In this document: piece after piece, positions 24,909 to 37,770 of the stretch
How positions within the stretch are numbered: position 1 is the stretch's first letter
Layout: every line of letters begins with the position of its first letter
Assembly (NCBI GenBank): GCA_009914755.4
Contig: CP086569.2
Coordinates: 23,712,001-23,776,000, forward strand
Length of the DNA: 64,000 nucleotides
Origin: the human T2T-CHM13v2.0 reference genome, Homo sapiens
Reading direction: 5' to 3'
Notes under the pieces: model-generated
The model's input: only the letters and a program-made list of their open reading frames with translations
Told to the model about the DNA's origin: nothing
Databases searched by the model: none
Program-made: the position numbers and the translations under genes

Positions 24909-27900
24909 TTAGGACCCTCAGTTGCAGGACTGTTGGAGTTTTCTGGAGGCCCACTCCACACCCTGTTTGCCTTGGTATCACCAGCAGAAGCTGCAGAACA
25001 GCAAATATTGCCGAACAGCAAGTATTGCTGCCTGATCATTCCTCTGGAAGCTTCAACTCAGAGGGGCACCCAGTTGTGTGAGGTGTCAGGTGGCCCCTAC
25101 TGGGAGGTGTCTTCCACTTAGGCTACTCGGGGTTCAGGTACCAGTCTGTCCATTCTCAAATCTCAAACTCTGTGCTGGGAGAACCACTACTCTCTTCAAA
25201 GCTGTCAGACAACAATGTTTAAGTCTGCAGAAGTTTCTGCTACCTTTTGTTCATCTATGCCCTGCCCCCAGGGGTGGAGTCTACATAGGCAGGCAGGCCT
25301 CCTTGAGGTGAGGTGGGATCCACCCAGTCCAAGCTTCCTTGCCACTTTGTTTACCTAGTGAATCCTCAGTAATGGCAGATCACCCTCCCCCAGCATTGTT
25401 ACCACCTTGCAGCTCAATCTCAGACTGCTATGCTAGCAGTGAGTGAGGCTCCATGGGCAGGGGACCCTCTGAGCCAGGCACGGGATGTAATCCCCTGGTG
25501 TGCCATTTGCTAAGGCCAGTGGAAAAATGTAGTTTTAGGGTGGGCATGACCCAATTTTCTGGGTACCATCAGTCACGGCTTCCCTTTGCTGGGAAAGGGA
25601 ATTCCCCAATCCCTTGCATTTCCCAGGTGAGGCAATGCCCCTCCCTGCTCTGTGGGCTGCACCCACTGTCTGACAAGCCCCAGTGAGATGAACTTAGTAC
25701 CTCAGTTGGAAATGCAGAAGTCACCCACCTTCTGCATTCCTCACACTGGTAGCTGCAGACTGGAGCTGTTCCTATTCTGCCATCTTGGAAGCTCCTCCCT
25801 GGAAAAGAATTTAAACCAAAAAGTCTCAACACTGGGGTGCCAGGTGAAGGATATGACACAGTCTCCTCAACTATAAGGGTGACACCATTAACTATTACCT
25901 AGTTGTGTATATGTCAGTCACAAACTCACATGGGTGCTGGCCATAGTATGACACTCTATACAACATCTGAGAACTTTATATAACATGCATGAGAGTTGAA
26001 ACCTCACTGAGGCCTACATGCTTATATGGACTCACGATCTTACATATTGCACTAAACTCAGATATGACAGTCAACATCTCTCTTATATGCTGGCTTCAAG
26101 GATGACAGCATTATTGGGTTTGTGAGCTGGGTCCAGAACTGAGTGACCATCCCACCTGTGGCCAGATTCTTTGATAAAAATTACAATTTCATCTTTGTGC
26201 TGTGTTTACTTATTAGATTGAGGACCTCAACAATGAACGTTGTAAACGCAGGATGGTAATAACTTTTACTTTCACATGAACGTGTTGTGTAAAATCATGA
26301 TACTAACATTTTTCTGGACCCTGTTATAAAATTCTCTACCACCTAAAAAGTTTTTGTGAGATGAGTTATTGTTGTAAAATTCTGTGAGCTTGTTCACATA
26401 TGCAATTAAAGGCTTTACCTACTGACTTAAACCTAGTCATGAAAGGCAAAACGTCTCGTACTGGCTGAATCCCAATAGAAGCATGATCATCATGCTTTTG
26501 AACTGAAGAAAGGTATATGTTATAATCAAATTTGTGGGCAAAAAAAATCGGCAGGAGGTTGATATCACTTAGGTGTTGTGGCAAGAAGTATGACACAATG
26601 CCTTGTCTATGCAGGTCTTAGGAAAGAGGGTCACAATAATTGGGCTCTGGAGCCAGCAATATAACACAACTTCACATAGAAGAAACCCAGCAAAATAAGG
26701 AGACTCAAAACACCTATGGAAATGGGCCAAAGGTATATCAAAATACCTGCTCTGGCTCTGGCACAGGCTGGAGAGTCACATCATTAGTGTGCTAGGCCCA
26801 GAAATATGCTGAAATTCCCTCTTTATGCACGACCTAGGAATAAGTGTAACAGAATCCAGGTGTGGGGCCCTGAACTACAGCAAAAGTCCTGTTTGTAGGC
26901 AATTTTTGGCAACATGATGAGAGTCACATTACCTAATTGCTGGGCTCATCAACACATCACAATCTTCTCATTGTAAAGGCTTAGACAGAATAAGAGACTC
27001 ACATCACTTAGGTCATGGGCTCAAAGATATGGCCCAATGCCACAAGTAGGCAATACTCAGGCAGAAATAAAGAGTCATAACACCTAGATGCTTTTTCAGG
27101 TATATGTCACAATTTCACCTGTGTCCAGTCCTTCCATCCAGTCCTTTCTGTCAGCTGGGTGTGCATACAAGACTCACAATTTCAGCTGTGTGCTGAGCCC
27201 TGCTTTGACTCTGTCTGTATAACCCAAAGACTTTGGAAAATACATGTGAATGTTGTAATCTTTTGTGACCTTTGTAGAAGAAGGCGATACAGGACATCAT
27301 GCATGTCCCTAAATCTAGTTATAAGTGTCAAAATATTCTCTATAGGCTGAGTACACATATGAGAGTCATTATCACTCCTGTGAGTCATGCCTAGGTATCT
27401 GTTACAATATTCTCTGTGGTTATAAAGCAGGAAGAATAGTCATATCACCTAAATGCTGGACTGTACATATTCCAATATTCTCTTTGTAGGCAGGGTCCTG
27501 TCAGAAATCTCACATAATTTCTGTGCTAAATCCAGCTCTGTGGCACAATGTCCCTTGTGGGTAGTGTCCAGACAGAAGAGGAGAGTCATATCACCTAAAT
27601 GTTGGCCCCAAAAATATGTCACAATGACTAATGTTGACAGGGCCCAGAAAAACGAGTCATATCATTTGGATATAGTGTTTAGAAATGCTACAATTACCAA
27701 AGCGAGCTGGGTACAGGCAGGAGAGGGGAGTCATGTAACCTAGGTGATGTGTCCAGAAATATGTTACAATATCCCCTGAGGACATTGTTAAGACAGCAAG
27801 AGTCAAATCACCAAGGTGCTTGGCCCAGGCATTTGACAAAACCTCATTTGTGGGTGATACCTAGGCAGAATTATTAAATCACTCAGGAGCAGTGCAAAGG

Positions 27901-30900
27901 TTTATGTCATGATTACACTTGCGGAAACGTTTAAGAATAAGAATAACTCTCCTGAACATATCCTGGCTTCAGGTATATAAGCTGTTACTAGGCTTTTGTT
28001 ATGGTTTCAGGTATATGGCACAATATCACCTCTGGTCAGAGAGAATGCAAGAAAGTCACATCACATAAGTGGCTGTGGCTCCAGTGAGATATCACAATCC
28101 ACCTTGTGGACAGGACCTTTGCAGAAGAGTCACATCACCTGGATGCTGGTTTCAGTGACAAAAACCTCCTTGTAAACATGACTTTGGAAATAGAGGAGAC
28201 TCAATTAACCTAGGCAATTGGCCTAGACATATGTCACAATGGCCCTTATGTACAGTGCCAAGGCTGGAGAGTTACCTTACGTTGGTCAGTGGGTTTGGCA
28301 ATATGTCACAATCTCCCTGTGGCTGGGGCACAGGCAAAAGTGAAGAAACATCACCTTAGGTTCTGAGCCAAGTGATACGTTACAAGGTTTCCTGTTGACA
28401 GAATGCAAAAAGGAGAATCCCATCCCCTGGATGAAGTTCCCAGTTATGTGACACAATGCACTGTAACTGCAGGGCCAAGGCAGTACAAGGGAGTCACATC
28501 ACTTACCTGATGGACCTAGATATAGAACACAATTGTCTTTGTAAGCAGGCTTCAGGCAGATAATTCACATGACCTGGGTGATGGTCTCAGTAATATATTA
28601 AAGTGACCTTTGTAGGCAGAGTCAAGGAAGATATCATATATTGCTTTCATGTTTGTTCCACATATGGCACAATTTCATCTGTGGTCTGAGCCTAGAAAAG
28701 AGAGTCCCGCTATTTATGTGCTGGGCAAAGTTACCTGTCCCAATCACATGCTAAGAAAGGTTTGGAAATAATTTCACATCACACACAAGTCCTGGTTTCA
28801 CATATGTGAATCAATCCTATTTATGTTAGGCTAAACTAGAGGACTCACAATCTCAACAGTGGACAGGATCCATGTATAAGAGCTCCGATAACATATTATG
28901 TCAATGAGATTGTGTCATATCACTGGACCTAGTAACCAGGTGTTAAAACTTTTGCTTAAATTGTTTCCCGTGTGTGCATTGTGAGACTCTTCTGCCAGGG
29001 CACTGCCTAAAGGAGATATTGTCACATATCTATGAGCCTATCCACTAGGTGATTTGTCAATTTTACCTGTGCTTTGCTCCCAAAGAACATTATGACATCT
29101 TTTAATGTATCATTTAGGAAATGTGACTTCTCTCTCCTGCCTAGGTCCTGTGCTCTAAAGAAATAGGTACATAGTGCTGAATGCAAAATTTAAATAATGC
29201 AACTCTGCTCTTTATTCTGGAGTCTGCCAACAGAGGACATTTTTAAATATTGTTGAGTCTAACACCTTGAAGCTGCACCCAGATGATATGACTCTTCTGA
29301 CTTGGCACTACCTGCAGAAGAGATTATAATGTATTCTCAGCTCAGAATCCTGGTGATGAGAGTCTCCTACCTTGGTTCTGCCCACAGGAGAAATAGTGAC
29401 ATATACCTGGGTTCAGCTCACATGCACAAATACAGCTGTTATATCTAGACCCAGAAAGAAGAGATATTTTGACATTCTTAACCAGTCTTATGGCCATAAG
29501 TAAAGCAATGGGTCTACTAATTGTATAAAGTTCACAGAGGACTATGACACTCAGGCATATGATATACAGCCTGAATGGTACAAAGGATGTCCTAACAGGG
29601 ACAGTAACCCAGTGCTATTGTGACTCATGTACATACGATCAGCTGATCCTACTGTCATTCTCTCACAAGAATAGCCCCTACAAATAAGGTACTAAATCTC
29701 ACACAAAACAGCTGTCCCTGGTTGAAACTGTTCCTCTCATACATGTGTCTGGTCCACGGGTCTTTTGGTGATGCATGATTCAGCACACCTGTGAAGCTGT
29801 GACTCCCCTCCTGGAACACAATCTTAAAGTGGAATTGGGCATCTTATGCATGGATCATGCTCACTGTTGAGACTGTGACTCCTCTACTTTGGCCCAAGTC
29901 ATAGGGGGTGTTGACTCACATACACAAAGCTGGGATTTGTGTGGGACTGTGAAACTTATATCTGAATATATCCTAGTGTGTGATTAGGACATAAAAGTTA
30001 GCCCAGCTTCTGAATAACTTGACTCTCATTTTTAGGCCATAACCACAGATAAAATTGTGACATGCCTGGACCATGCCCCTAAGCATAGGTGCCTGGGCCT
30101 GCCTACAAATTACACTTTTACATATCACTGGGACCAGCACCAAGGTGATTTGAATTATCTGCCTGAGTGCTGCCCAAGAAGAGCACTGTGGCTGATATCT
30201 AGGTCCATCAGGTAAGTGATGTGACTCCCTTCTCCTGCCTTGGCCCTGCACTTATGGAGCATTGCAACACACAACTGGGTTCTGCACCCAAGTGATGTGA
30301 CTCTCCCTTTTGGGTTCTGCCAATGAGAAGCTTTGTAACATATCACTTTGCTCATCACCTAGGTCATGTTTCTCCTCTCTTCTCTCGACCTGATCACAGG
30401 GGAGATTGTGACATATTGATAAACTCAGCACCAAGGTGTAGTCACTTTCTTACCTTGGTTTTGCACACAGCAGCCATTGTGACATATACCTATGCCAACT
30501 GCCTTGGTTAAGTGAGCCTCCTCTCTTTCTTAAGCCCTTCCCACAGGTGGGATTTTGATATATCACCAAAAACAGTATCCAGTTGATGTGATTCTTCTTT
30601 CAGAGTCCTGCCCACAAGATGGATTGTGACATCTCACAGGACCAGCACCCACCCAGGTGATGTGACCTTCCCACTTGCTCTCCACTCACAGCCGATGTTG
30701 TGACATATACCTGAGATGAGATAAGAGGACTGACTAATCATGACTCTTAAATATGGAGCCAGGTCATATGCTATATGGTGACTCCCATTCCTGAAGCATT
30801 TCACTAATGTTATTGCGACATACACAATTGTCCAGCTCCTGAGTGATTTAATAATCCTGCCAAGGTGTAGTCCACAAGTGAGATTCACCTATATATTTCA

Positions 30901-31038
30901 GCTGCTCACCTTGGTGATTTGACTCTCCTGTCTTAACAATATCCCCAGGAAGAATTGTAACATGTCTCTGAATCCATCTTCTAGGTTACCTGTCTCCCTG
31001 CCTTGCCTCCTCTGCCTGGACTCTGCTTCCACAGGGAT

Positions 31039-31134
31039 TGTAGCATTTTTTTCTTTTCTTTTCTTTTCTTTCTTTTTTTGTTACCTAGGCTGGAGTGCAG
31101 TGGTGTGATCTTAGCTCATTGCAACCTCTGCCTT
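31039..31134 (-). mobile_element. Severely 5'-truncated Alu (3' ~65 bp plus tail) with a 15-bp target-site duplication GGGATTGTAGCATTT
   Basis: TTTTCTTTTCTTTTCTTTTCTTTCTTTTTTTGTTACCTAGGCTGGAGTGCAGTGGTGTGATCTTAGCTCATTGCAACCTCTGCCTT is the reverse complement of the Alu right-arm end (GGAGGTTGCAGTGAGCCGAGATCGCGCCACTGCACTCCAGCCTGGG...AAAA). It is flanked by cagGGATTGTAGCATTT at 31,023-31,038 and GGGGATTGTAGCATTTc at 31,135-31,150. Confidence 0.8.
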
Positions 31135-34100
31135 GGGGATTGTAGCATTTCTAAGCACTGCATGCAAATGACATGACTCTCCTGACTGGTTCCTTCAACA
31201 GAAGGCATTGTTGCACATCTCTCGGCCAATAATTTAAGTTATATGACTCTCCTCTTCTGCCTAGACACTGCTTAAAAGGGGCATTGTGTCATACATCTGG
31301 TTGACACCCCCAAGTTATGCAACTTTTCGTCCAGGAACTTTTCTACAAGTAGAATATTTGAAAAATTCTTGTTCAATAGTTAGGTGACTTGGCAGTCACA
31401 CCTGCTTCATTACCACAGAGTAAATTGTGATATATAACTAGGCACAACTCACAGGCATAATAATGACTCTCATACCCCACAAATAGGAGTAATTTTGACT
31501 CTCACTACTTGCTTTAGAAACATGAGTGATTGAATCTCTCTGCTTTAAAAAAAGGCCACAGAAGATTATAATAGCCTCAGAAATTTTATAAAGCCCTTGG
31601 CTTGTACAGAGAGTGCAATAACAGAATACAACAGAGAGTGTGATAACAGAATACAGAGAGTGCATGGTGAGTCTCATACACACACTCAGCTGGCAGTAAA
31701 GACTGTCACCATCTCATATATATGAAGCCACATGTCACTCCTGAAAACAGGATATGTGTGGGATTGTAAATCTCATCCTGGGAATTTTCTGTAAGTGTGA
31801 GATAAATATTTGCCGAGTACCTTGTGATTGGACTCTCCAAACTTTTTTCATCCCACATATGTAATTGTGATATGTACCTTGAATAACCTCCAGGTGATGT
31901 GACTGTCCTGCCTGAGCCTTGCTGTCAGTAAGAATCATGACATACCACTAGATCCAGCACCCTGGTCATGTTACATTTTTGCCTGAGCCCTGCCTACAGA
32001 AATCACTGTGACATATCACTGTGTCAACAACTTAGGTCACATAAATCTCCTCATTAGAATGGTCCCTGTGCACTGTCAGGGGCAGTAACATACAGTTGGG
32101 CCAGGCACAAAGCTGATGATACTCTTTTGCTAGGGCCATGTCCTAAAAAGGGCATTATGACAAATTTCTGGGTCTTCACATAGGGGATTTTGCTCTACCG
32201 CTTGGGTCATGCTTACCTGTATAGTGACATGTTGCTAGGCTAGGCACAAATGTATTGTTATTCTTTCACCAGGGCCAAGTCTCAGGGGGATATTGTGAAA
32301 TATCTCTGGCCCTATCACTTAGGTGATGTGACTCCCTGCCTGGGTCCTGCCAACATAGAGCATTGAAACATAGGGGCAAAAACTGCACCTATTTGCTCTA
32401 ACTCTCTTGCCTGGGTCCTGTCCTAAGGGGACCTTGTGAGATAGCTCAGAATCCAGCATCAACGTGATGTAGCTCTTTTGCCTGCTTTCACCCCACATGT
32501 AAGACTGTGTCATATACCTAGGGAAGCACCTATATGATATGTGTTATGACTCTTCTCTTCTGCTTGAGCCCTGCCTACTTGGAATATTTGGCCATATATC
32601 TGAGCTCCTGTCCTAGGTGATGTGACCCTGCTTTTCTGCCAGAGACTTTACGATGAGGTAATGTGAAATATTGCTAAGCTTGATACTTAGGAGATATGAC
32701 TCTTCCTTTTTTCCCAAACTGTGCCCGTGAAAAGGAATTCTGACATATTGCTGGGCCCAGCACCCAGATGATGTTCCTCTGCTGCCTTGGTCCTTCACAG
32801 AGAATTATGGCATACAGTTGGGCCCCCAACCCCGATGATGTAAGTTCCTGCCTGTGCCACAGCAACAGAAAGTATTTTAGCATATCTTGGTCCCATGTTG
32901 TAGGTGTGTTTGCTCTCATGATTTATCTGTTTTTCTTCCATATTCGGGATTGTGTTATATTGCTGGGTCTAGCACCCAGTTAATGTAACCCCCATTTCTA
33001 CACCCTGCCTAGAGAGGGCATTGTGACACATTGCTTGGCACAATACCTAAATTGTGCTACCTTCTTGTCAAGTTTTTTCCTACAAATTGGATTATTAAAT
33101 TTACATTCCTTCTATTCAGAGGGATGATGGTCAAATTTTAATTGGGATTACACCAATAATAGATATGTTGCCTCTCATCACTATGCTTATGGCAATAGGT
33201 AAGGTTATGAGTTGCATATTTGTACAAAACTCACAGAATGTTACAACACTAACTCATATTCTATAAACTTATTAGGACAGGGCCCAGCAAAAGGTTAAGA
33301 TCATGATTCTTGGTTTCACATGCAGGTGAGAGCAAAAGTTATCACCATCCCACATTTACAGAGGCCACTGTCAAAGTACTGAGTATAACAAGTAAATAAA
33401 GAACAAAGATGGAATTTTGACTTTCATATATGGATCTTGCTACAGATGAGATGGTGGCTCATTTCTGGACCCAGATCACAGGCATAATAATCAGTCTCCC
33501 ATCTGAACCCAGTCTATAAGAGAGATGCTGACTATCATAACTGGGTTTAAAGCAGTATATAAGATTATGAGTCAATACGAGCATGTATGCCTTAGAGTAG
33601 GTTGCTACTCTTATGCATGTTGCATAAAGCCTTCGGATGCTGCAGAATGTGTCATACGATGATCTAGAAAACACATGAGATTGTGACTCTCACATACACA
33701 CCAAGCTAGCCCTTAAAGGTGTCACCCTAAAAGATGAAGAGATTGTGTCATATCTCTAGGCCCAGTACTCCTAGGTGTTGAGAATTTTCGGCTTAAATTC
33801 TTTACCATGGGTGCATTGTGACACATCACTGGGTTAAAATGATGAAAAGGTGACTCTTCCGCTTGGACCCTGGCACCAGGGGATATTATCACATATCTCT
33901 GGGTCTATCAGGTAGGTGATGTGTCTCTCCTCCCAGTGCCCTGCCCACAGGGGACACTGTGACATATTGCTAGATACAACATCTAGATAAAGCGAATCTC
34001 CTCTGCTGCCTGGATCCTGCCCACTGAAGAAATTGTGACATACCACTGAGTATAAAACCTAGATGATGTGACAGTACCCTTTGTTATGTACTCTGTCAAG

Positions 34101-36812
34101 AGAGGGAATTTTAATATGTTGTTGAACATGGCACCTGGAGGTGTGACTATCCACTATTTTTTCAACCATGTATACAGTGGGCATGATGACATATTATTTG
34201 AGATTGTACCCAAGTGATATAAGCCTCCGGTCTGGGTTGTGCCTACAGAGGAGATTATAAGGTATGCCTGGCTAAGGACCCAGATGATGTGATTCTACTG
34301 TCTTGTCTCTGCCCAAACATAAAATTGGGACTTACTCATGAAATCAGTTCATATGTGTAACAAAAACTTTCAAACGTTGACGCAGCCAAGGGAGATATTT
34401 TGGTTCTCGTTGCCAGTCTTATGGCCATGGATAAATTCTGAGACCTCCCACCTGTAACAATTCACAGAAAACTGTGCTACTCAGGTATATCACATAAATC
34501 ATGAGTGGTACAAAGAGTTTCATAACAGGCACCAACAACCAGGTGCTATTTTGAGTCTTGGATGCACACCCAGCTGACACGATTTTCATTCTCATACATA
34601 AACAGAGCCTACAAATGAGGTACTAAATTTCACACACATAAGCAGTTGAAATCTTAAAATTGTAACTCTCATACATGAATCTGATCCGCAGTTGGTTTGG
34701 TGGCATTTGAACGATGATTCAGCAAGCCTGTGGTGCTTTGAATCTACTAGTGGAGCACAATCTTCAAGTGGGATTGGGGCTCTTATACATGCATCTTGCC
34801 CATTGTTGAGACTCTGATGTCTGTACTTCGACCCAACTCACAGGAGATGTTGACTCTTACACCCGAAGGCAGGACTTGTGTGGGACTATGAAATGTATTT
34901 CTGAACATTTTCGAGTGTGTGCTTTAGAAGTATGACTTTGCCCAGTATCTGACTGTTTTGAATCTCCTTTCTAGGCCCACAGCACAGTTCGGATTGTGAC
35001 ATATGTGTGCTAAGCACCTAAGCAATATATGATATCTTCTTTGGCAGAGGGACCAAGGACATCTTTACATATCCCTGAAAGAAGCACCCAGCTGATGCAA
35101 AACCTTGGCCGGAAGCTTGCCTACAAAGAGCACTGTGGCTTTCATCAAGGTCCATCATATAAGTGATGTGACTTCCTTCTACTGCCTTGGCCTTGCACTT
35201 CTAGTGCATTGTTACACATAACTGGGTACTGCACCCATGTGATGGGACCCTTTGTTTGGAGGGGGTAGATTCTACCAATATAAAAACTGTATAATATATC
35301 ACTTGGCTCAGCACCTAGGTGATGTTTCTTCTCTCTTGACTGAGCCCTGACCACCAGAGAGATGGTGACATATAGGTGAAACCAGCACAAGGTGAGTTCA
35401 CTCTCCTGCCTTGGTCATAAACATAGGGGCCATTGTGACATATACCCAAGCCAATTGCCTAGGTGAGGTTTGTGTCCTCTCCTGCCTAAGCCCTGCCCAC
35501 AGGGGGTTTTAGATATATCACTGAAACCAACATCCGGGTTAAGTGACTCTTCTTCTAGAGGCCTGTACACAGCAAGGATTGTGACATTCAACTAGACAAG
35601 CATCCACTCAGGTGATGAGAATTTCCTTTTTTCTCCATGTTCACAGGTTATATTGTGTCATATATGTGAGAGCAGATCAAAGGCCTAATAACGACCATTG
35701 CACCTGGAGCCTGAAACTTTTTATAGGTGTTATTGTGACACTTTCCTTTGCCAATCTCCTGAGTGATTTAATAATCCTACTCAGTTATAGCTAACAGATG
35801 ACATTTTGACATATACCTGGACAAAAGCGTGATGATTTGACTCTCATGTTTTAACAGTGTCCTCAGAAGGGATCATAACATATTGCTGGATTCATCCTCT
35901 AGGTTGTGTGTCTCTCCTCTCCTGCCTGAATCCTGATTCTAGTGAAGATTTTAGCATTTCTATGCACTGGATCCAAATGACACAATTCTATTGCATGGGC
36001 CCTTTTCAACAGGAGGCATTGTGACATATCTCTGGGGCCATGATTTAGGTGACATGACTCTACTCTCCTTCCTGGGCATTCTCCACAGGGGTATTATGCC
36101 ATAGGGCTTTGCTTAAAACCCAAGTTTTGTGAATTTTCTGTTAGTGTCTTGCCTTCAAAGAGAATATTGGAATAATTCTGACTTAAAATTTAGGTGATGT
36201 GACTGTCCTGTCTGTTTAATAACCACAGAGGTAATGATGACATTTACCTAGGTACAGCTAACAGGCATGATAATGACTCTAATATGGGAACCCAGGCAAT
36301 AAGGTAAATTTTGACTTTTGTCACAAGATTTTGAGACATGAGTGATGTTAAGGACCTTCATCTGGTAAAAAGCTCACAGAAAATCATAACAAACACACAT
36401 AATTTATAACAACCTTGGGTTATATAGAGTGTCATAATAATGCCTAGCAGACAGAGAAAACTATGAGTCTCATATGCACACCCAAATAACAGTAAGGGCT
36501 TTCAACATCAAAGATGAATGAAAGCAACTATCCTACATAAAAAGAGGACATGTGTGGCATTGTAAATCTAATTCCTAGAATTTAATTCCATTGTGAATGT
36601 GATATAAATCTTTCCCAAGCACCTGTGTAATTTCACTCTTCAGATTGGGTCCAGCCTATATATGGAATTTTGATATCTACCTGGGCCAATTTTCAAGTGA
36701 TGTGACACTTCCGCCTGGGCTGTGCTCTCAATAAGAATTGTGACATCACTGGATCCAGCACCCAGGTGATGTTACATTCTTGCTGCACTATGCCCACCCC
36801 CGATAATTCAAT

Positions 36813-37770
36813 GTTATTTCACGTAGGTTCTTTTCTATTTCCCTAAGTGTTGGCTGGTCTGAGAAATAAAGGGAAAGAGTACAAAAGAGACAAATTTTAA
36901 AGCTGGGTATCCGGGGGAGACATCAGACGTCGGCAGGTTCCCTGATGCCCCCTGAGCCATAAAACCAGCAAGGTTTTATTAGCAATTTTCAAAGGGGAGG
37001 GAGTGTATGAATAGGGTGTGGGTCACAGAGATCACATGCTTCAAGGTCAACAAAAGATCACAAGGCAGAAGGTCGGGGTGAGATCATGAGATCAGGGCAA
37101 GATTAGAATCACTAATGAACGTCCATGTCCAGCTGTGCACGCATTGTCATCTTAACAGGGTTCAAGGGCAGAGAACCGGTCTGACTAGATTTTGCCAGGC
37201 TGGCATGTCCTAATCCTAGCACGCCTGGGGATGCTGCTGGAGACTAGGGTGTATTTCATCCCTATCTATATCTGCATAAGGCAGACACTCCTAGGGTGTC
37301 CATTTTAGATGTTCCCCCCTGGGAATGCATTCTTTTCCCAGGGCTGTTAATTATTAATATTCCTTACTGGGGAAAGAATTCAGCGGTATTTATCTTACCC
37401 GTTTTCAGTAATAAGAGAAATATGGCTCTGTCCTGCCCAGCCCACAGGCCGCCAGACTTTAATGTTATCTCCCTTGTTCCCTGAAAATCGCTGTTACCCT
37501 GTTCTTAAGGTGCCCAGATTTCATATTGTTCAAACACACCTGCCCTACAAACATTTTGTGCAGGTAATGCAATCATCACAGGGTCCTAAGGTGACATACA
37601 TCCTCAGCTTATGAAGATGATGGGATTAAGAGATTAAAGTAAAGGCAGGCATAGGAAATTGTAAAAGTATTGATTGGGGAAGTAATAAATGTCCATGAAA
37701 TCTTCACAATTTATGTTCTTCTGCCATGGCTTCAGCCAGTCCCTCTGTTCGGGGTCCCTGATTTCCCTCA
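36813..37770 (-). mobile_element. Solo endogenous-retrovirus LTR of ~960 bp, family not identified (possibly class II/HERVK-like; needs Dfam), inserted into the satellite
   Basis: A non-satellite block interrupts the monomers: the satellite stops at ...TGCCCACCCCCGATAATTCAA and resumes at ACATCATTGTGACATTTCACTG. The block begins TG... (TGTTATTTCACG) and ends ...CA (GATTTCCCTCA). On the minus strand it carries an AATAAA (the reverse complement of TTTTATTAGC at ~36,975) about 80% of the way into the element, as expected for an LTR R region. It is unrelated in sequence to the LTR5 at 16.7 kb. No clear TSD is recoverable. Confidence 0.5.

Larger units (their letters stand above)
20074..25798 (-). 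mobile_element. Near-full-length LINE-1 (L1PA-type, degenerate ORFs) inserted in the satellite; 15-bp target-site duplication CTGGAAAAGAATTTA
   Basis: The left end carries the poly-T run (reverse-complemented poly-A tail) TTATTTTTATTGTTTTTATTTTTATTATTAT, then the reverse-complemented L1 3'UTR (TTAAGTTCTAGGGTACATGTGCACAATGTGCAGGTTAGTTACATATG...CATTAACTCATCATTTGCATTAGGTATATCTCC...GTGTTCTCATTGTTCAATTCCCACCTATGAGTGA). The right end is the reverse-complemented L1 5'UTR start (CTATTCTGCCATCTTGGAAGCTCCTCCC is the reverse complement of GGGAGGAGCTTCCAAGATGGCAGAATAG). Minus-strand ORFs encode ORF1p and ORF2p fragments. The TSD copies lie at 20,059-20,073 and 25,799-25,813. Confidence 0.9.
305..28880 (+). 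repeat. Beta-satellite-like (BSR/Sau3A-family-like, diverged) tandem satellite array with ~70-75 bp monomers, organised as a ~4.9-5.0 kb higher-order repeat. It is interrupted by an Alu (4,258-4,550), an LTR5 (16,725-17,692) and an L1 (20,074-25,798).
   Basis: There is direct periodicity of ~72 bp. For example, ATCACCT-type motifs fall at 1852, 2065, 2137, 2205, 2275, 2350, 2428, 2499 and 2574. The core ...GAGTCACATCACCTGGGTGCTGGGCCCAGAGATATGTCACAATGCCCC... recurs hundreds of times. From memory, the 68-bp beta-satellite consensus carries AGAGATATGTCACAATGCCCC and ACATCACCTGGGT. Higher-order-repeat marker monomers (CCCATGGAAA(A)GAA...GCCAAAAAGTCTCAACACC) occur at ~555, 5,560, 10,415, 18,190 and 20,055/25,807. 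Diverged block A (e.g. 600-1,320, 5,600-6,330, 10,440-11,160, 25,810-26,620), block B (2,740-3,260, 7,560-8,070, 14,340-14,870) and block C (4,600-5,250, 9,330-9,900, 16,150-16,700) are mutually alignable. Confidence 0.85.
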
